Source: Promethearchaeia archaeon
Lineage (GTDB): Archaea > Asgardarchaeota > Lokiarchaeia > Sigyniarchaeales > SOKP01
Direction of reading: 5' to 3'
Assembly (NCBI GenBank): GCA_029856045.1
Contig: JAHQWG010000028.1
Span: forward strand, 288,001-352,000
Length of the DNA stretch: 64,000 nucleotides
Below the pieces are notes generated by a model that worked only from the letters and a program-made list of their open reading frames with translations, was not told where the DNA came from and ran no database searches. The stretch's first letter is position 1. Every line of letters begins with the position of its first letter. Of this stretch, positions 21,158-31,082 are shown piece by piece. The translations under genes were made by a program, and so were the position numbers.

Positions 21158-21616
21158 TTAAGTTATTTCATGCCCATCAGGTGGTAATTTGACAATCGAA
21201 AACCAGAAATCTCCAATAGATTTCACCACTTTTATAAATTGTACCATACCTATAGGTTTGGAGATATAACAGTTCGCATGTAAATTGTATGTTTTTATAA
21301 TATCCTCCTGAGATTTAGAAGTTGTTAAAACTACGACCGGAATTCGCCTTAAATCTTTATCTTGCTTAATTTCAGCTAAAACCTCACGTCCGTCTTTCTT
21401 AGGTAGATTTAAATCAAGTAAAATTACATCAGGTCGTGGTGAATTATTAAATTTTCCTTTTTTATATAAAAAATCTATTGCTTCTATACCATCCAATGCT
21501 ACGTGTAATTTATTGGCAATTTTACATTCTTTAAGAGCTTCTTTTGTCAAACGCACATCTCCTGGATTATCTTCAATTAGCAAAATTTCTATCATTTTAT
21601 ATTTTTGTTTTGTCAA
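21158..21616 (-). CDS. single-domain response regulator (Rcp1-type)
   Basis: EDNPGD, LLDLNLPKKDG, VVLTTS, ANCYISKP, FWF..VKLP. Confidence 0.93.
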   Translation of the reverse strand: MTKQKYKMIEILLIEDNPGDVRLTKEALKECKIANKLHVALDGIEAIDFLYKKGKFNNSPRPDVILLDLNLPKKDGREVLAEIKQDKDLRRIPVVVLTTSKSQEDIIKTYNLHANCYISKPIGMVQFIKVVKSIGDFWFSIVKLPPDGHEIT

Positions 21617-21663
21617 AACTTTTACCTTATTTTTTTCTTTAAATTTCTTCTTTTTTCATATAA

Positions 21664-24345
21664 TTATTTTTTTATTGGAATAGTAAAATGAAATGTTGAA
21701 CCCTTTCCAACTTCTGATTCAACCCAGATTTTTCCATTATGTCTTTCTATAATTCTTTTACATAGGGCTAAACCTATTCCTGTGCCAGGATATTCAGATT
21801 TTGAATGTAAACGTTGAAAAATAATAAAAATACGATCAAAATATTCTGGATCTATGCCGATCCCGTTATCTTTTACTGAAAATTGCCAGTTTTTTTTAAT
21901 CTTTTTCGCCGAAATATGTATACGCACGGGATCTTCACTGCGGAATTTTATTGCATTACCAATCAAATTTTGAAACACTTGCAGAAGTTGTGTTTTATCT
22001 ACCATTACATTTGGTAAATAATCATAGGTTATCTTTACATCTATTTCTCTTATAATCTTATGTAGATTTAAAAGAACATCTTTTAAAACCTCTTCACAGT
22101 TAGTAAATTCAAAAGGATTACCACGAGTCTGAATTCTTGAATATTCTAATAAATTTTCTATAAGAACTTTCATATTATTTGCACCATCTACAGCATATTT
22201 AATGAACTCATTTGCATCCTCATCTAATTTATCTTTATAACGCTTTGCTAGGAGTTGGGTATAACTTGCCACCATTCTTAATGGTTCTTGTAAGTCATGA
22301 GATGCAATATAAGCAAATTGTTGTAATTCTTCATTGGAACACTTTAAATCGGCCATAATTTGTTGTAATTCTTTTTCTTTCTTCCTGCGCTCGGCAATAT
22401 CTCGGAAGATAAGGATAACACCTATAATATTACCTTTATCATTCTTTATTGGTGCGCCACTATCAGCGATCGGTATTTCCTTTCCATTTTTCGCTATTAA
22501 GATAGTATTATTCGCCAGACCGACAATAAATCCTTCTCGAAGGACTCTAGATACAGGATTTTCAACAGATTTACGCGTTTCCTCTTTAATGATATTAAAA
22601 ATATATTGTATGGGTTTTTCTATAGCTTCTTCTAACTTCCAGCCAGTCAAAGACTCGGCAATTGGATTTAAAAATGATACCTTACTTTTTATGTCAGTAG
22701 TAATTACTGCATCCCCAATACTTCTGAGTGTTGTGGAAAGCCATTCTTCACTCTCTTTTAATCTTTCTTCGGATTTTTGGAGCTTTTGAGTGCGCTTCTC
22801 TACCAATTCTTCAAGATGATCACGATATTTTCTCAATTCCTTCTCCGTTTTTTTACGCTCGGTAATGTCTATAAAAGAAGCCATCCTACCGATATCGTTC
22901 CCATCCTGATCCGTCACAACGGAAGTGGATACTTCAACAGGAAACTCCGTGCCGTCATTGCGTTGCGCAATAAATTCTTCAGTCTCGCCTTTTACCTTGT
23001 CAATAATCGTTTGCACATCAGAAAACCTCTGTACTACCTCTCTGGGAATTAATTCTCTAGCAGATTTACCGAGTAAACCTTCCTTGCTTTCATATTCAAA
23101 CATTCTCGCAAAAACTGGATTGACATACGTTATTTCTCCTTTAAGGTTCGTTATGATAACGCCGCTCACTGAAGAATCTATCGCATCGTAAGCAACGCTT
23201 AACTCTCGCTCCAACTTCTTGCGCTCGGTAATATCTTTTATAATAAATGCAATATCTATTGTCTTACCATCAGGTCCCTTTACAATAAAAGTGGTTAGTA
23301 AAATGGGAATTCTCGAACCGTCTTTTCTTATATATTCTTTTTCATACGTTTCAGGATTTCCTGTTTTTATGATCCTTTCTATTATTTTGTATTCATATTC
23401 TTCGTACTCCTCCGGAGTTATATCTTGAAATTTTTTTCTGGCTAATAATTCCTCTTTTGAATAACCCGTTAGCTCGGAAAAAGCATCATTAACATCCAAT
23501 AGCATTCCATCCAAATTAGCATAGGCTATGGCATCTTTTGAGGAGTTGAATATCCCATTGAAACGTTCTTGAACCTTTCCATTCTCCTCCTCTGCTTTCT
23601 TTCGCTCCGTAATATCCTGTCCAACTCCTTGAATCCCAATTGCCTTTCCATCAGCATCTTTTACTGCAGTAACATTCCATGAGATCAAAATCCTTTCTTT
23701 TTTACCCTTTTTCCAATAATATTGCTCAAAACCTTCTTGACTCCTATTTGGATCTATTATAACCTTCTGCCTTACGGGTTCAGCCTTTTCTAATTCATTT
23801 TTCTCAAGCATTGATCTTATATCATTACCAATCATCTCCCCTTCTTCATATCCTAATATTTTACAGGCGTATGGATTCATTAAAGTTACTCTCCACTCAT
23901 CATCGTATGCCAAAACGATGGCATTGGCATTATTTACTAGCATTTTGTAGCTATACAATTCTGCCTTTATCTTCTTACTCTCAGTAATATCTCTGAAAAC
24001 TTCAATAACTACTGGATTACCATAAAAATCTTCTACGAAAAAAGCGTCAATTCCAAAATATTTTGTTTCTTTGGTTGAAGGAAATGTTGTAATTTTTTCG
24101 AATCTCATCCTACGTTGTTCTATTGTCAAAGAGTTTTCAATAGGACAAGATTCACAAGGTTTTGAGCGCTTAAATAAAGTATTATAGCAGTTTTTTCCAA
24201 CCAAATTCTTTCCGAATTCTTTGAGAGCATTTTCATTTGCAAATAATATCTTATTCTTCTGAGAAATAACCAAAATTGGATCTTTCATATTTGAAAAGAT
24301 TAATCCTAATTCTTCTAGAGATTTTTTTAAATCTTGTGTTGCTAT
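21664..24345 (-). CDS. multi-PAS (5x) sensor histidine kinase, Cph1-type H-box; start ATA 24345 or ATG 24288
   Basis: ASHDLQEPLR, NLIGNAIKF, DNGIG, GTGIGL; five PAS/PAC units; GGTGA SD precedes the ATA at 24345. Confidence 0.92.
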   Translation of the reverse strand: MATQDLKKSLEELGLIFSNMKDPILVISQKNKILFANENALKEFGKNLVGKNCYNTLFKRSKPCESCPIENSLTIEQRRMRFEKITTFPSTKETKYFGIDAFFVEDFYGNPVVIEVFRDITESKKIKAELYSYKMLVNNANAIVLAYDDEWRVTLMNPYACKILGYEEGEMIGNDIRSMLEKNELEKAEPVRQKVIIDPNRSQEGFEQYYWKKGKKERILISWNVTAVKDADGKAIGIQGVGQDITERKKAEEENGKVQERFNGIFNSSKDAIAYANLDGMLLDVNDAFSELTGYSKEELLARKKFQDITPEEYEEYEYKIIERIIKTGNPETYEKEYIRKDGSRIPILLTTFIVKGPDGKTIDIAFIIKDITERKKLERELSVAYDAIDSSVSGVIITNLKGEITYVNPVFARMFEYESKEGLLGKSARELIPREVVQRFSDVQTIIDKVKGETEEFIAQRNDGTEFPVEVSTSVVTDQDGNDIGRMASFIDITERKKTEKELRKYRDHLEELVEKRTQKLQKSEERLKESEEWLSTTLRSIGDAVITTDIKSKVSFLNPIAESLTGWKLEEAIEKPIQYIFNIIKEETRKSVENPVSRVLREGFIVGLANNTILIAKNGKEIPIADSGAPIKNDKGNIIGVILIFRDIAERRKKEKELQQIMADLKCSNEELQQFAYIASHDLQEPLRMVASYTQLLAKRYKDKLDEDANEFIKYAVDGANNMKVLIENLLEYSRIQTRGNPFEFTNCEEVLKDVLLNLHKIIREIDVKITYDYLPNVMVDKTQLLQVFQNLIGNAIKFRSEDPVRIHISAKKIKKNWQFSVKDNGIGIDPEYFDRIFIIFQRLHSKSEYPGTGIGLALCKRIIERHNGKIWVESEVGKGSTFHFTIPIKK

Positions 24346-24363
24346 TTTTTATTTCACCTTTTT

Positions 24364-24540
24364 TTAGAACCAATAATTTCTATTAAAAAATTTATTAAAT
24401 GTATTTTGAACAATTTGTCTAAATTCATTAATATTAATGGGTTTTGAAATATATTCATTAAAATCTGCTTGTAATATACGCTTCTTATATCCTTTCATCG
24501 CAAAAGAGGTAATTCCGACATATTCTAACGAATTTTCATC
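24364..24540 (-). pseudogene. truncated response regulator (C-terminal half), paralogue of 24827-25195
   Basis: Reads VGITSFAMKGYKKRILQADFNEYISKPININEFRQIV vs IAVTSFAMKGDKERILKAGFDTYIAKPININDFRETV; N-terminal half and start are absent. Confidence 0.85.
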
Positions 24541-24586
24541 TTATTTTTATGTGATTGAATAAAATTGGCAAATTTTAATTTAACAA

Positions 24587-24653
24587 TATCTGATAACAAA
24601 TTTGTTATAAAGAATTAATAATTGTATAACTATATAAATATACTTGTTGTAAT
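24587..24653 (-). promoter_or_regulatory. promoter with two tandem TTTGTTATAACAAA-like sites and a TATA box
   Basis: tatctgataacaaa (24587-24600) + tttgttataaagaa (24601-24614); minus-strand TTTATATA at 24631-24638. Confidence 0.55.
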
Positions 24654-24826
24654 TCTTACATCATAATATCAGTTTTTTAAAAGATTTTTTATAACGATTA
24701 AGAAGTAATAATTTAATTTTTCATGAAAAAAGTTAATTCATTAGAAAATAGTGTAAAAAATTTTCTTTAAAAAGAAATATAATCTTAAAAATTGTAATAT
24801 CAGAATTTTTATATTAAAATATAAGA

Positions 24827-25195
24827 TTAGACAATAACATTTTTGACTGTTTCCCTAAAATCGTTAATATTTATTGGTTTTGCAATGTAAGTATCGAAAC
24901 CTGCTTTCAATATACGTTCTTTATCACCTTTCATCGCGAAAGACGTGACAGCAATAATTGGAATGTTTTTATATTTTTCAAGTTTACGAAGTTCTTTACA
25001 AATATCGATTCCACTCATATCTGGTAGTTGAATGTCTAAAATTATTAGGTCTGGATTATCTGACTTTAGAGATTCAAAAGCTCGGGCACCATGCGTTTCT
25101 GCTACAATTTCAATATCAAGCATTGTATTTAGGACTGCTTTAAACAATTTCATGTTTTTTTCATTATCTTCCACAAGAAATACTCGTTTTTTCAT
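24827..25195 (-). CDS. single-domain response regulator (DivK-like)
   Basis: VEDN, LIILDIQLP, AVTSFAMKGDKERIL.AGFD.YIAKPI. Confidence 0.92.
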   Translation of the reverse strand: MKKRVFLVEDNEKNMKLFKAVLNTMLDIEIVAETHGARAFESLKSDNPDLIILDIQLPDMSGIDICKELRKLEKYKNIPIIAVTSFAMKGDKERILKAGFDTYIAKPININDFRETVKNVIV

Positions 25196-25263
25196 AAAAT
25201 CTTAACTCTACATTATTGTAATAATGAAATACGCATCTCTTCATCATCAAATGTTCATATATT

Positions 25264-25396
25264 ACTATAATAACAAATTTTGATAACAAATAGATACAAA
25301 ATATTAGTGATAAACATAGTATTTAAATGTTTTGTTATAATAATGTGTTTGTTAACATTGAATTCTTTTTTACAATATTATAACAAATATTTAAAA
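25264..25396. promoter_or_regulatory. divergent promoter region with clustered ATAACAAA/TTTGTTAT sites
   Basis: ATAACAAA at 25270, 25283, 25380; TTTGTTAT at 25331; TATA-like boxes at 25320-25327 (minus) and about 25390 (plus). Confidence 0.55.
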
Positions 25397-25622
25397 ATTA
25401 AAAGAATTATATAATAATTACATATAAATAGCTGTTTGTGTGTAAAAACCGAAACATAAAAAGACAAAATAAAATTGAATAATGAGAGTTTATTAATGCA
25501 TTCAAATAGTAGGGCGGTACGGAATTTGGTTTCTTGTAAGAAAATAATCTCAATTATTTCATTAAGTTCTTTGTTTCCGAAACAATATTGAAATCCTCAT
25601 ACTAAAAATTATTTGAGAAAGA

Positions 25623-26483
25623 ATGAATAATAAGAAAACTGAAGAGATGGAAAAATATGAAAAAATGACTGGCAAACACGCAATTTGGCGTGGTGTAATA
25701 ACTGAAGGATTTAAAAAATGGCAACGAGGAGAAAAAATTTATGATAGATTTAAGGAGAGAATAGCTCTATATGTAGCTAAAGAAACTAAAGAAGAATGGC
25801 AGAATTTCATAAATAATTCAAAATATACTTCTGTTTCTAAGCTTGTGAGAGATGCAGTAAATAATTTCATTGAAAAAAAATTAAAAGTAATAGATTATAA
25901 GAATTATAGTAAAGATAATCAGCTTAGAGATCTTTCAGATATCTCACATGTTTTAAAAGAAGCATTAACTTCAATAAAAGGTTTCTCACAATTATTAATT
26001 GAAAATTATAAGGAAGAACTCAATGAGGAAATCATTTTAAAAATAAAAGAAATTTTTGATAAAAGCATCTTCCTTGAAAACAAGATTAATGAATCTTTAG
26101 AATATTCTCAAACTAAAAAATCACAATACGACATTTTATTAATTGAAGATGATATTTCAACAATAAAATTATTAACATCATTTTTTGAAAGGAAAGGTTA
26201 TAGTTGTAAAGGTGTCATAAGTGGTTCTAGAGGATTGGATGAATTGAAGAGAAATATTCCAAAAATAATTTTATTAGACATTATTTTACCTGATATTAAT
26301 GGATTTGAAGTTTGCAAAATAATAAAATCTAATAAAGAATATCAAAATATTCCCATCTTTCTATTAACTGCTGTATCAAGTCTAAAAGTTGAGCATCTTA
26401 TTAAAAAAGCAAAAGTAGATGGTTATATCTCAAAACCTTTTGATTTTTCGGATTTTAATATAATATTGGAATACTTACATTAA
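25623..26483 (+). CDS. RHH-DHp-REC protein: ribbon-helix-helix, HisKA helices with His, receiver domain; no HATPase
   Basis: ERIALYV.KETKEEWQNF...YTSVSKLVRDAVNNFI (RHH pattern); ISHVLKEALTSIKGFSQLL; IEDD/LLDIILPD/LTA/KPF. Confidence 0.75.
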   Translation: MNNKKTEEMEKYEKMTGKHAIWRGVITEGFKKWQRGEKIYDRFKERIALYVAKETKEEWQNFINNSKYTSVSKLVRDAVNNFIEKKLKVIDYKNYSKDNQLRDLSDISHVLKEALTSIKGFSQLLIENYKEELNEEIILKIKEIFDKSIFLENKINESLEYSQTKKSQYDILLIEDDISTIKLLTSFFERKGYSCKGVISGSRGLDELKRNIPKIILLDIILPDINGFEVCKIIKSNKEYQNIPIFLLTAVSSLKVEHLIKKAKVDGYISKPFDFSDFNIILEYLH

Positions 26484-26486
26484 TTT

Positions 26487-28493
26487 TTAATCTTTTAAAA
26501 TGGGAAGAGAAAAATAAAATTTACTTCCTCTATTTCTTCCTTCTGATGCCATCCAGATATTTCCCTCGTGTAAATCAATAATCTTTTTCGCAATATATAG
26601 ACCGAGCCCTGTACCCTCAATTCTAACATCCCAACCTTGACCATATCTTTCAATTTTTCCAAATTGTTTAAATAATTGATTCTTTTCCTCAGCGGAAAAC
26701 CCAATTCCATTATCTTCTATTGAGATTATGAAAAAGTTAGATTTTACTTCAGAAAAGATTTTAATTTCTCCTCCAGGAGGAGTGTAATTAATTGCGTTTA
26801 ATAATAAATTTGAAAAGACTTCATAAATCCGCTGTTTATCAAAAGTTGTAATTAAATTATTATCAATATTTAAGGAAATAGATTGGTTTCTCAGCTCTAA
26901 CACAGCTTGCATTTCTTTTAAGCAGGATTTGATCAATTTTGATAAATTTCCTTGTTTTAAAATTAATTTTAATTGTCCAGATTCTAATTGGGATGATTCT
27001 AGGAGAGAATTAACTATATTATCAAGGCGCAGACATCCTTGTTTAATTTCTTTTAAAATGGATATTGTCTTATTATCATATTTCTCTTCAAATTTTGTTA
27101 ATAAAAAGTCAGAGAACCCCTTAATTGAGACAAGAGGAGTTTTCAATTCATGGGAAGTTCTATTTAGTAAATTGGTTTTAAATTTATTTATTTCACTTAG
27201 TCGTATATTTTGCTCCTTTAAATTTTTCTGAATTTGCCATCTTTGTTCTTCAACCTTAATGGCACCACAAACTAAGGACAAAATCAAATGTTCTTGGTGT
27301 GAAATAGCAGGATTTTCTCTTTTTAAAATACAAATAAAACTATTAAATTTATCTTTAGACTTAATTAATCTTCCAAATCCTCCTTTTATGTTGTATTTAA
27401 TAATAAAAGGATCAGTTTTTGCATATTGGGTTTCATTTAGATTTATAAATGTTTGTATAATATTCTGTTTAAGCTCGAATGTTTCATTTGTAAAATAATT
27501 CTTTTTAAATTCTTCCTTATTGCAATTAAAATTATTATCATCACTAGAAATGATTTGATATATTTTATTTCCATTTTGCACCCTTTTTCGAATATATAAT
27601 ACACTTTCTGCTTTACTCAATTTCTTTACTGTTTGAATTAGAGTTTTAATATTCGATTGGAAATCTGGTGTAAACTTTAAAAAACTTAAATTTATTTCAT
27701 AAATTAAATTTTCATAAGTCTTTCTTTCATTAATATCTTGATAAGTTGTTTGAACATAAATATTATTTCCGAATTTTATTAAAGAGCTCTGGAGACTTAC
27801 CCAAATCTTTTGTCCATCTACATTTAGTAATTCAACTTCAATAGGACTAATTACTCCTCCTTTAATTATAGTTTCAAATCGATCTTTAAGTAGCAGTAAA
27901 ATTTCTTGAGGATATATATCAAGTTGGTTCTTAGTTTTACCAACAATTGTATCCTTTCTATATCCAAATAATCGTTCCGTTGCAGAGTTACAATCAATAA
28001 CTCTTCCTTTTAAATTTGCTAAAATGATGGCGTAGGGAGAATTTTCAAATAAGAATCGATATTTCGCTTCAGATTCTATTAATTTTTGCTCAGTTTCTTT
28101 ACGTTCAGTGATTTCTAACACAAATTCAACTGCTCCAATAATATTATCATTATTATCTTTCACTGGAGAAGCTTTTACCTTCCATACCCTTCCATCGGGA
28201 GTAGTTTGTTCTGCTTCATGAGATTGCCTTGTTTCAATAGTTTTCAGCACAGGGCAATTAGCACATGGTGCATTTCTCTGATGCCATATCTCATAGCAAT
28301 AGCCACCAATTAATTTATCAGTTGTTAGACTCACAGATTCAGAAGCGGCTTTGTTTGCCCACAAAATTTTTAATTCGTTATTATAATATAATATAAGCTC
28401 AGAAATACTGTTCAAAATAGGAGAGTTAAAAGTAATTTTAAGATTTCCTTCATTCTTTGAACTCGCATTATTTTCGAATTTTTGATTTTGCAT
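26487..28493 (-). CDS. sensor histidine kinase PAS-PAS-GAF-like-HisKA-HATPase
   Basis: CYE...CANCP PAS; SHELKTPL; NLLLNAINY; DNGIG; FGKIERYGQGWDVRIEGTGLGL. Confidence 0.9.
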   Translation of the reverse strand: MQNQKFENNASSKNEGNLKITFNSPILNSISELILYYNNELKILWANKAASESVSLTTDKLIGGYCYEIWHQRNAPCANCPVLKTIETRQSHEAEQTTPDGRVWKVKASPVKDNNDNIIGAVEFVLEITERKETEQKLIESEAKYRFLFENSPYAIILANLKGRVIDCNSATERLFGYRKDTIVGKTKNQLDIYPQEILLLLKDRFETIIKGGVISPIEVELLNVDGQKIWVSLQSSLIKFGNNIYVQTTYQDINERKTYENLIYEINLSFLKFTPDFQSNIKTLIQTVKKLSKAESVLYIRKRVQNGNKIYQIISSDDNNFNCNKEEFKKNYFTNETFELKQNIIQTFINLNETQYAKTDPFIIKYNIKGGFGRLIKSKDKFNSFICILKRENPAISHQEHLILSLVCGAIKVEEQRWQIQKNLKEQNIRLSEINKFKTNLLNRTSHELKTPLVSIKGFSDFLLTKFEEKYDNKTISILKEIKQGCLRLDNIVNSLLESSQLESGQLKLILKQGNLSKLIKSCLKEMQAVLELRNQSISLNIDNNLITTFDKQRIYEVFSNLLLNAINYTPPGGEIKIFSEVKSNFFIISIEDNGIGFSAEEKNQLFKQFGKIERYGQGWDVRIEGTGLGLYIAKKIIDLHEGNIWMASEGRNRGSKFYFSLPILKD

Positions 28494-28742
28494 ATTTTCT
28501 AACTAATTAATATTTATTCAAAAGAATCAAATGAATAATTTTAATAAAAATTAAACTTAGAAGGTTATTTTTGCTAATAGCATAAAGAAAATAATAAAAG
28601 AAGTATATTAAATTAAGCATCATAAAGTTAAAATTGGAAAAATAAGATTAAATTTTGTGCTAATAATAAAAAAACTTATATTATAATTTGTGATAATAAT
28701 AATCTAGATATGTTATAAATACAGTGAATCCTTCCTTTTTTA

Positions 28743-29618
28743 TTGGTGATTTCAATTTTGAATAATGAAAAAAAAAATAGTGAAATGGAACAATATGAAA
28801 AAGAGACAGGAAAATATGCTGTTTGGCGTGGTATCATAACTGAAGGATTTAAAAAGTGGAAAAGAGGAGAAAAGATTTATGATAGAGATAAGGAGAGAAT
28901 ATCACTCTATATATCGGAAGAAACTAAAAAAAAATGGCAAAATTTTATTGAAAGTAGCAAATATTCTTCAATTTCAAAATTGATAAGAGATGCTATGGAT
29001 TTTTTTATTAATGAGAAATTAAGAGGAGGTATTGATGAAAAACTTAAAAAATCAAGACCTTTTAAATCAATTACTGATATTTCCCATGATTTAAAAGAGG
29101 CTTTAACTACCATAAAAGGATTTTCACAGTTATTGCTTAATAACTATAAGGATGATATAAAAGAAGATGTATTATCAAAAATTAAGGAGATTTTTAATAA
29201 AAGTATATTTCTTGAAAATAAAATAAAAGAAGTCTTGGAAAAAGGAGAAAATAGAAAGACACAATATGACCTTTTATTAATTGAAGATGACCCATCGACT
29301 ATAAAATTATTAACCACGTTTTTTGAAAGTAAAGGTTATTCTAGTAGAGGGGTAATTAGTGGTTCTAAGGGAATAGAAGAATTAAAAGTAAATGTTCCAA
29401 AATTAATATTATTAGATATAATATTGCCAGATATAAATGGATATGATGTTTGTAAAATTATAAAATCTGATGAGAATCTTAAATATATTCCAGTTTTTTT
29501 CTTAACGGCAATTCCAAGTTCAGAAGTTGAGAAAAAAATTAAATTTGCTGGTGCAGATGGATATATTTTGAAACCATTTGATTTTAGTGATTTTGAAATT
29601 TTATATACATATCTATAA
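28743..29618 (+). CDS. RHH-DHp-REC protein, paralogue of 25623-26483
   Basis: Same architecture: TGKYAVWRGIITEGFKKW, ERISLYI..., ISHDLKEALTTIKGFSQLL, intact REC. Confidence 0.75.
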   Translation: MVISILNNEKKNSEMEQYEKETGKYAVWRGIITEGFKKWKRGEKIYDRDKERISLYISEETKKKWQNFIESSKYSSISKLIRDAMDFFINEKLRGGIDEKLKKSRPFKSITDISHDLKEALTTIKGFSQLLLNNYKDDIKEDVLSKIKEIFNKSIFLENKIKEVLEKGENRKTQYDLLLIEDDPSTIKLLTTFFESKGYSSRGVISGSKGIEELKVNVPKLILLDIILPDINGYDVCKIIKSDENLKYIPVFFLTAIPSSEVEKKIKFAGADGYILKPFDFSDFEILYTYL

Positions 29619-29765
29619 ATTTTAAAATTCTCTTTTCTTAGTTACAGAAAGCGTTTCTTTTACATAATTCCATAATCGATTTAGTAATAATCAAATTAAA
29701 TAACTAAGAAATAAAGTATTTATTCAATTTATTGGCAAAATTAACTTAAAAATTTGGTTTAATTA

Positions 29766-31073
29766 ATGGTTATAGGCATAGCATTATTTAGTTGGGATAA
29801 GAAGATGGGTCCGGTTTTAGAGATTAAACATCCTGAAAATCTTGATTTATCACAAAATTTAATTAATAAAATATATATGACTCATGCTTATAGGCAGGAA
29901 AATCAAAATGAAGAGTTAATGGAAATTAATCTGGAGAATAAAATTATACTTAGCTACTGTGATATGTCTAAAGTTGCAAAATTTGGGTATGAAATAATTA
30001 TTCTTATTGTTCATGAGAAGGAGAAAATACATCTTAAAAATTTAAAATCCAAATTATTTGAATTTGCGAGAGAAGTGTTAAATAAACCTAAAATTGAGAG
30101 ACATAAGTATTTTTTTGAAAATCTCGATTTGTTTTTTAAAGAAACATTAAAGAAAAAGATATTATTAGTTGGACGAGCAGCTACAGGAAAATCTAGTATT
30201 AAGCAAGTTATTTTTGAAGGAAAGATGCCACAGGAGTTATTATCTAATCCCCTTGAGCCAACTCGTGGTTTAACACCCTCTGTTTATTCATGGTTAGATC
30301 TGGATTTGGGTATTTTCGATTCAGCTGGTCAAGAACTGGATTATTTATTAGATGATAAAAATGAACAAACCTTAGCATTCGAAAATACTGATATTATAAT
30401 ATATATGTTTGATTACCTAACGTGGGTTGAAAATAACGAAATAATAATAAAAGATATCAGAAAAATTTCAAGAATTATTAAACAAGAGTCTTATAATGCT
30501 AGGATTATATTATTTCTACATAAAATTGACTTAATTAAGGAAGAAAATAGAGAACAAAACATAAAAAATATCCAGCGAGAAATAAAAGAACAATTGAATT
30601 TACAGATTTATTTTACAAGTCTTTATCCAAATTTAATTTATAATACTTATAATGCATTTTATGAGATTTTGAGTAATTTTTCCAAAGAGACAATTTATTT
30701 TAAAGAAATTTTGGATGAAAAAATTAAAGACAGTTCAAAATCTATGTGTTTTATAACTAATCAAAACAGTAGTATAGTTGTTCAGACAATGTCTAATGAT
30801 TTCAATTTTAAATTAATCAACCAAATTCATAGATTAATTGCTCAATTTGACCAATCATTTGAAGACATGTGTATGAATGATAATATCGATTATATGATAC
30901 TTTCAAGTTTGAAAAATTTTAATATTATTATGAAATTTCTTAACCTCTCGAATTATAATCTTAAAAATTTAATTTTAATCTCTGAAATAGCTAGTATCAA
31001 TCAATTAATAGGATTTTGTGAGGAAATTAAAAGTACTTTGAATAGATATTTTTATAAAGATATTCAACTATGA
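29766..31073 (+). CDS. Rag/Gtr-like GTPase with N-terminal longin/uDENN-like and C-terminal roadblock-like domains
   Basis: IALFSWDKKMGP N-terminus; KKILLVGRAATGKSSIKQVIF, EPTRG, DSAGQ, HKID, FTSLY. Confidence 0.8.
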   Translation: MVIGIALFSWDKKMGPVLEIKHPENLDLSQNLINKIYMTHAYRQENQNEELMEINLENKIILSYCDMSKVAKFGYEIIILIVHEKEKIHLKNLKSKLFEFAREVLNKPKIERHKYFFENLDLFFKETLKKKILLVGRAATGKSSIKQVIFEGKMPQELLSNPLEPTRGLTPSVYSWLDLDLGIFDSAGQELDYLLDDKNEQTLAFENTDIIIYMFDYLTWVENNEIIIKDIRKISRIIKQESYNARIILFLHKIDLIKEENREQNIKNIQREIKEQLNLQIYFTSLYPNLIYNTYNAFYEILSNFSKETIYFKEILDEKIKDSSKSMCFITNQNSSIVVQTMSNDFNFKLINQIHRLIAQFDQSFEDMCMNDNIDYMILSSLKNFNIIMKFLNLSNYNLKNLILISEIASINQLIGFCEEIKSTLNRYFYKDIQL

Positions 31074-31082
31074 GAATCTAAA

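Noticed and set aside
22334-23428. Plus-strand ORFs (151, 91, 88, 69 aa) overlapping the kinase
   Set aside because: Antisense shadows of a well-supported gene with no recognisable motifs; the same applies to the other short overlapping ORFs in the track (e.g. 5972-6346, 37523-37918, 48139-48426)
25400-25610. Short open frames between the REC and RHH-DHp-REC genes
   Set aside because: No convincing start/SD or homology on either strand
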